NCBI GenBank assembly: GCA_963714015.1
Contig: OY970223.1
Span: 1,888,001 to 1,952,000 of the forward strand
Length of the DNA: 64,000 bases
Source: Vulcanimicrobiota bacterium
GTDB taxonomy: Bacteria > Vulcanimicrobiota > Vulcanimicrobiia > Vulcanimicrobiales > Vulcanimicrobiaceae
Reading direction: 5' to 3'
The position numbers were made by a program, and so were the translations under genes. The notes under the pieces are model-generated. The model was not told the origin of the DNA and made no database searches. It was given only the letters and a program-made list of their open reading frames with translations. Shown piece after piece: positions 60,753 to 64,000 of the stretch (within the stretch, counting starts at the first letter, position 1; each line of letters begins with the position of its first letter).

Positions 60753-62407
60753 TTGGATCGCATCACGTCGTCGTGGAACGATCTTGCCGGCCGGCTTAGA
60801 GCCCTGTGGAATGGTCAAAACGCCCAAAACCGCACGCTCATGGCCGGTATTGCTGGTGTCTTCGTCGTCGCGCTTGCGGCGATGATGGTTCTGTATGCGG
60901 TTCATCGTCCTTCGTACGAAGTGCTGTTCTCGAACCTCTCCGCGTCCGATGCAGCATCGGTCACGCAACATCTCAAAGATGACAAGGTCCCGTACCAACT
61001 CTCCGACGACGGCAAAACCGTGTACGTACCGTCCCAGAACCTCTCCGACGAGCGAGTTGCGATTGCCGGATCGAACGTCATCAAAGGCGCTTCTACCGGA
61101 TACGAGCTGTTCGATCGCACCAACTTCGGCATGACCGAGTTTGAAGAGAACATCGACAAGACGCGCGCGATCGAAGGTGAACTGGAACGCACGATCGGCG
61201 GCCTGGATCCCGTGGAAGCTGCGCGCGTACACATCGCAGCTCCCGACCAAACACTGTATTCTTCGGATCAGTCCGAGAGGACCGCCTCCGTCGCGCTGAC
61301 GCTCAAACCAGGCATGGATCTCACGCCGCAGCAGGTCGAAGGCATAACGATGCTCGTTTCGCATGCCGTCGCAGGGCTCAAACCCGAATCGGTCACCATC
61401 ATCGATCAGGACGGCCAAGTGCTCATTCCGGCTGCTGGTGCTTCGGCCGACTCGCCGGACCCGCTCAACCTGACGCAAGAACAGCTCGTTGCCAAACAGC
61501 GCTACGAGAGCGCGCTGCAGGCAAGCATTCAATCGATGCTCGATCAGACGCTGGGTCCGCGTCACGCCGTCGCTCGCGTTTCGACGAAGATGAATTTCGA
61601 CGCGAACACGACCGAGACGAAGACGTACGCGCCGCAAGGCACGGTGCTTTCTTCGCAGAGCAAACGCGAATCGTACAATGGAACCGGTCCGCGTCCGGCC
61701 GCTGCCGGCGTTCCGGGGACGACCAGCAACATTCCGACGTATCAAGCGCAGCAGCAAGGCGGAAACAGCCGCTACAACAAGTCGGAAACGACGACGAACT
61801 ACAACATTTCAGAGTCGAACACCAAGCACATCGACGCTCCCGGCAAAGTGATGCAGACCAGCGTCGCCGTCGTTCTCAACAGCGCAACCGCCGCCGCGAC
61901 CGGCGGACCGCGCGCGCAGCAGCCGTATCAAATTACGCCCGCGATGCGCCAGCAAGTGCAGAATCTCGTCGTCGCCGCAGCCGATTTGAATCTGAACAAC
62001 GGCGATCAAGTTTCGGTCGAGGCCATTCCGTTCAATCCGATGGTTACGGGCACGCCCGGCCTCGGCAATGCCGCTCCGGCCGCGGGACGATGCTCGGGAT
62101 TCCGGTTTGGGCGCTGATCGCCGTGCTGGGAGCCGGCGCACTGCTCGGATTCGGTCTGCTGATGGGCCGTATGCGCCGCCGTTCGTTCAAGCCGGCGATG
62201 GAATTGCCGTCGTTCGACTCGACGCTCGCTGAAGAGCTGCCGCCGTTCGAAGAGCATCCGATGCTCGACGGCGCGCCCGGCATCGCCGCACCGATTCGTT
62301 CGGCAGCCGATCTGACGCGCGAACAGATGATCGAGTACGTCACGACGGTTGCTCAAGAGAATCCGGACAGCATCGCCAAACTCGTGAAATTGTGGTTAGC
62401 GGAATGA
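60753..62407 (+). CDS. fliF: Flagellar MS-ring protein (frameshift near 62085)
   Basis: LFSNLS..DA, GYELFD..FGMTEF, RAIEGELERTI, ARVHI, GVPGTTSN; shifted frame gives TM2 and ENPDSIAKLVKLWL. Confidence 0.94.
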
Positions 62408-62424
62408 ATAAGATGAAATCATCG

Positions 62425-62589
62425 CGGCGCCCTCGGGGAGTGAACGAATCTCCCCGGCGCCCTCGGGGAGTGAACGAATCTCCCCGGCGCCCTCGGGGAG
62501 TGAACGAATCTCCCCGGCGCCCTCGGGGAGTGAACGAATCTCCCCGGCGCCCTCGGGGAGTGAACGAATCTCCCCGGCGCCCTCGGGGA
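62425..62589. repeat. Perfect 30-bp tandem repeat, 5.5 copies
   Basis: Unit CCTCGGGGAGTGAACGAATCTCCCCGGCGC; each unit contains the hairpin CGGGGAG-N9-CTCCCCG; no spacers. Confidence 0.97.
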
Positions 62590-62636
62590 ATCTTTGGTTT
62601 GCCGGAATGCATTACGCGCCTTGAGCTTCTCGGGGG

Positions 62637-62690
62637 CCCCGGCGCTTTGCGCTGGGGGGCGCGGAGGCTCAGAGCGGAGCGCCTTTTAAA
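62637..62690 (+). repeat. Two-hairpin intergenic motif, copy C (before fliG)
   Basis: CCCCGGCGC-TTT-GCGCTGGGG, GGCGC...GCGCC, TTTTAAA immediately before the ATG. Confidence 0.65.
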
Positions 62691-63770
62691 ATGGAATCGC
62701 CAATCGTCAATTTGAGCGACGTGCCCAGCGATCTGCCGGATCCGGGATTCGCGCTCGGCAATTTCGGTTCCATCGACGTATCGGGCCCCGAAAAGGCTGC
62801 GATTCTGATCATCACGCTGGGACTCGAACTCTCGGCGACGATCTTCAAGTTCTTGCGGCAAGACGAAGTCGAGCGCATCGTGCTGGAGATCGCGAAGATC
62901 TCGACCGTGCCGCTCGAGAAGCGCGATTCCGTAATTACGGAAGCGTATCAGCGCGCCATAGCGCTCAAGTATATCAACGAAGGCGGCATCGAGTACGCAA
63001 AGGAGATTCTCGAGCGCTCGTTCGGCGCGGGCCAAGCCGACGACATGACGAACCGGCTGTTCGCTGCGCTCAAGCACGGCAATCCGCTGGAGCTGATCAA
63101 GAAGACCGAACCGGCGCAGTTGCTGCAGTTCATCCAAGACGAGCATCCGCAGACGATCGCGCTCATTCTCGTGTACATGGCGCCCGACCAAGCCGGCGCG
63201 GTACTTTCGGCGCTTCCGCCGGAGCTGCAAGCCGAAGTGGCGATGCGCATTGCAATCCTTCAGAAGACCGCGCCCGAGGTGTTGGAACAATTGGACGAAC
63301 TGCTCGGACGCCGGCTGCTCGTCAGCGGGGCCGATTTTGCCAAAGCCGGCGGCGTTCAATCGCTCGCGAACGTCATGGGATTCGTGGATCGCGAGACCGA
63401 GAAAAACATTCTCGAAGGTCTCTCCAAGCGCGATCCGGAGCTTGCGACCGAGGTCAAGAACCTGCTCTTCGTCTTCGAAGACATCGTCAATCTGGACGAC
63501 CGTTCTATCCAGCGCATCCTCAAAGAAGTCGAAGGCAAGGATCTTGCGCTCGCGCTCAAGGCCTCAAATGACGACATGCTGGCGCGAGTCTTCAAGAACA
63601 TGTCCTCGCGCGCCGCTCAAACGCTGCGCGAAGAGATCGAGCTGCTCGGCCCGACGCGCATGCGCGAAGTCGGCAAGGCGCAGCAGGCAATCGTCGACGT
63701 GATTCGGACGCTCGAAGAGAACGGCCAAATCGTCATCGCGCGCGGCGCCAAAGACGAGAAGCTCGTTTGA
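62691..63770 (+). CDS. fliG: Flagellar motor switch protein
   Basis: KAAIL, GGIEYA, EHPQTIALIL, GGVQ, FVFEDI, LALALK, NMSSRAA. Confidence 0.96.
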   Translation: MESPIVNLSDVPSDLPDPGFALGNFGSIDVSGPEKAAILIITLGLELSATIFKFLRQDEVERIVLEIAKISTVPLEKRDSVITEAYQRAIALKYINEGGIEYAKEILERSFGAGQADDMTNRLFAALKHGNPLELIKKTEPAQLLQFIQDEHPQTIALILVYMAPDQAGAVLSALPPELQAEVAMRIAILQKTAPEVLEQLDELLGRRLLVSGADFAKAGGVQSLANVMGFVDRETEKNILEGLSKRDPELATEVKNLLFVFEDIVNLDDRSIQRILKEVEGKDLALALKASNDDMLARVFKNMSSRAAQTLREEIELLGPTRMREVGKAQQAIVDVIRTLEENGQIVIARGAKDEKLV

Positions 63771-63815
63771 TGCGCTCGATCGAGATCGCGTCCTGCTGTA
63801 GACGGCAGGCTTCGG

Positions 63816-63862
63816 CCCTGCTCGCTCGGGGGCGCGGAGGCTAGGCCGCAGCGCCTTTCCAA
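63816..63862 (+). repeat. Two-hairpin intergenic motif, degenerate copy D (before fliH)
   Basis: GGGGGCGCGGAGGCT...AGCGCC-TTTCCAA then ATG; shares GGGGGCGCGGAGGCT with copy C. Confidence 0.55.
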
Positions 63863-64000
63863 ATGGGACGGGTCGTCAAAGGTGCGCAGGTAGCGCAACA
63901 GACGTATCAACTCAAGCCGCCGCCGGCTAACGGTGCGCGGCATTCGGCGTTTGCACCGCTCGAAGAAGATCCGCTGTTTGCGCAAGGCCTGCATGACCTT
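63863..64000 (+). CDS. fliH: Probable FliH N-terminus (partial)
   Basis: MGRVVKGAQVAQQTYQLKPPP..., open to the window end; assigned mainly by position after fliG. Confidence 0.6.
   Translation, partial: MGRVVKGAQVAQQTYQLKPPPANGARHSAFAPLEEDPLFAQGLHDL

Noticed and set aside
287..62407. Mass pseudogenisation or programmed frameshifting (about 15 split genes)
   Set aside because: Single-base shifts hit essential or conserved genes (rplA, sigH, cysD, fliF) with both halves intact. This is best explained by long-read indel errors; read polishing would confirm.
62425..62589. CRISPR array
   Set aside because: Units are identical and contiguous with no unique spacers, and no cas genes are in the window.

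Overview
GC-rich bacterial chromosome segment. The gene order cysE-cysS-rlmB-sigH ... tRNAs-rpmG-secE-nusG-rplK-rplA ... rplJ-rplL is Terrabacteria-like, and an outer-membrane-efflux-type gene is present, which fits a diderm lineage such as Eremiobacterota/Vulcanimicrobiota (inference, not checked). About 15 single-base frameshifts, including ones in rplA, sigH, cysD and fliF, look like long-read indel errors, so split ORFs are joined here. The core scaffold is interrupted by accessory DNA. The largest insert is ~17 kb between rplA and rplJ and carries a candidate sulfated-polysaccharide system: TolC-like, HlyD-like, Zn-ribbon protein, processive GT2, GH26, sulfotransferase, GalE, CysD, a CysN-PilZ fusion, TauE and CysC. 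The right half holds peptidases, hppA/ppa, cheR-cheB-fliA, ftsY-recA-recX, a trans-sulfuration gene, a two-component pair, hpt, GH125, purA and fliF-fliG-fliH. Other notable signals are a tRNA-Thr(UGU) with a class-II long variable arm, a Met-rich leader-peptide attenuator, a covarying two-hairpin motif before four genes, a 30-bp hairpin tandem array between fliF and fliG, and a histidine kinase with a degenerate GGDEF input domain.
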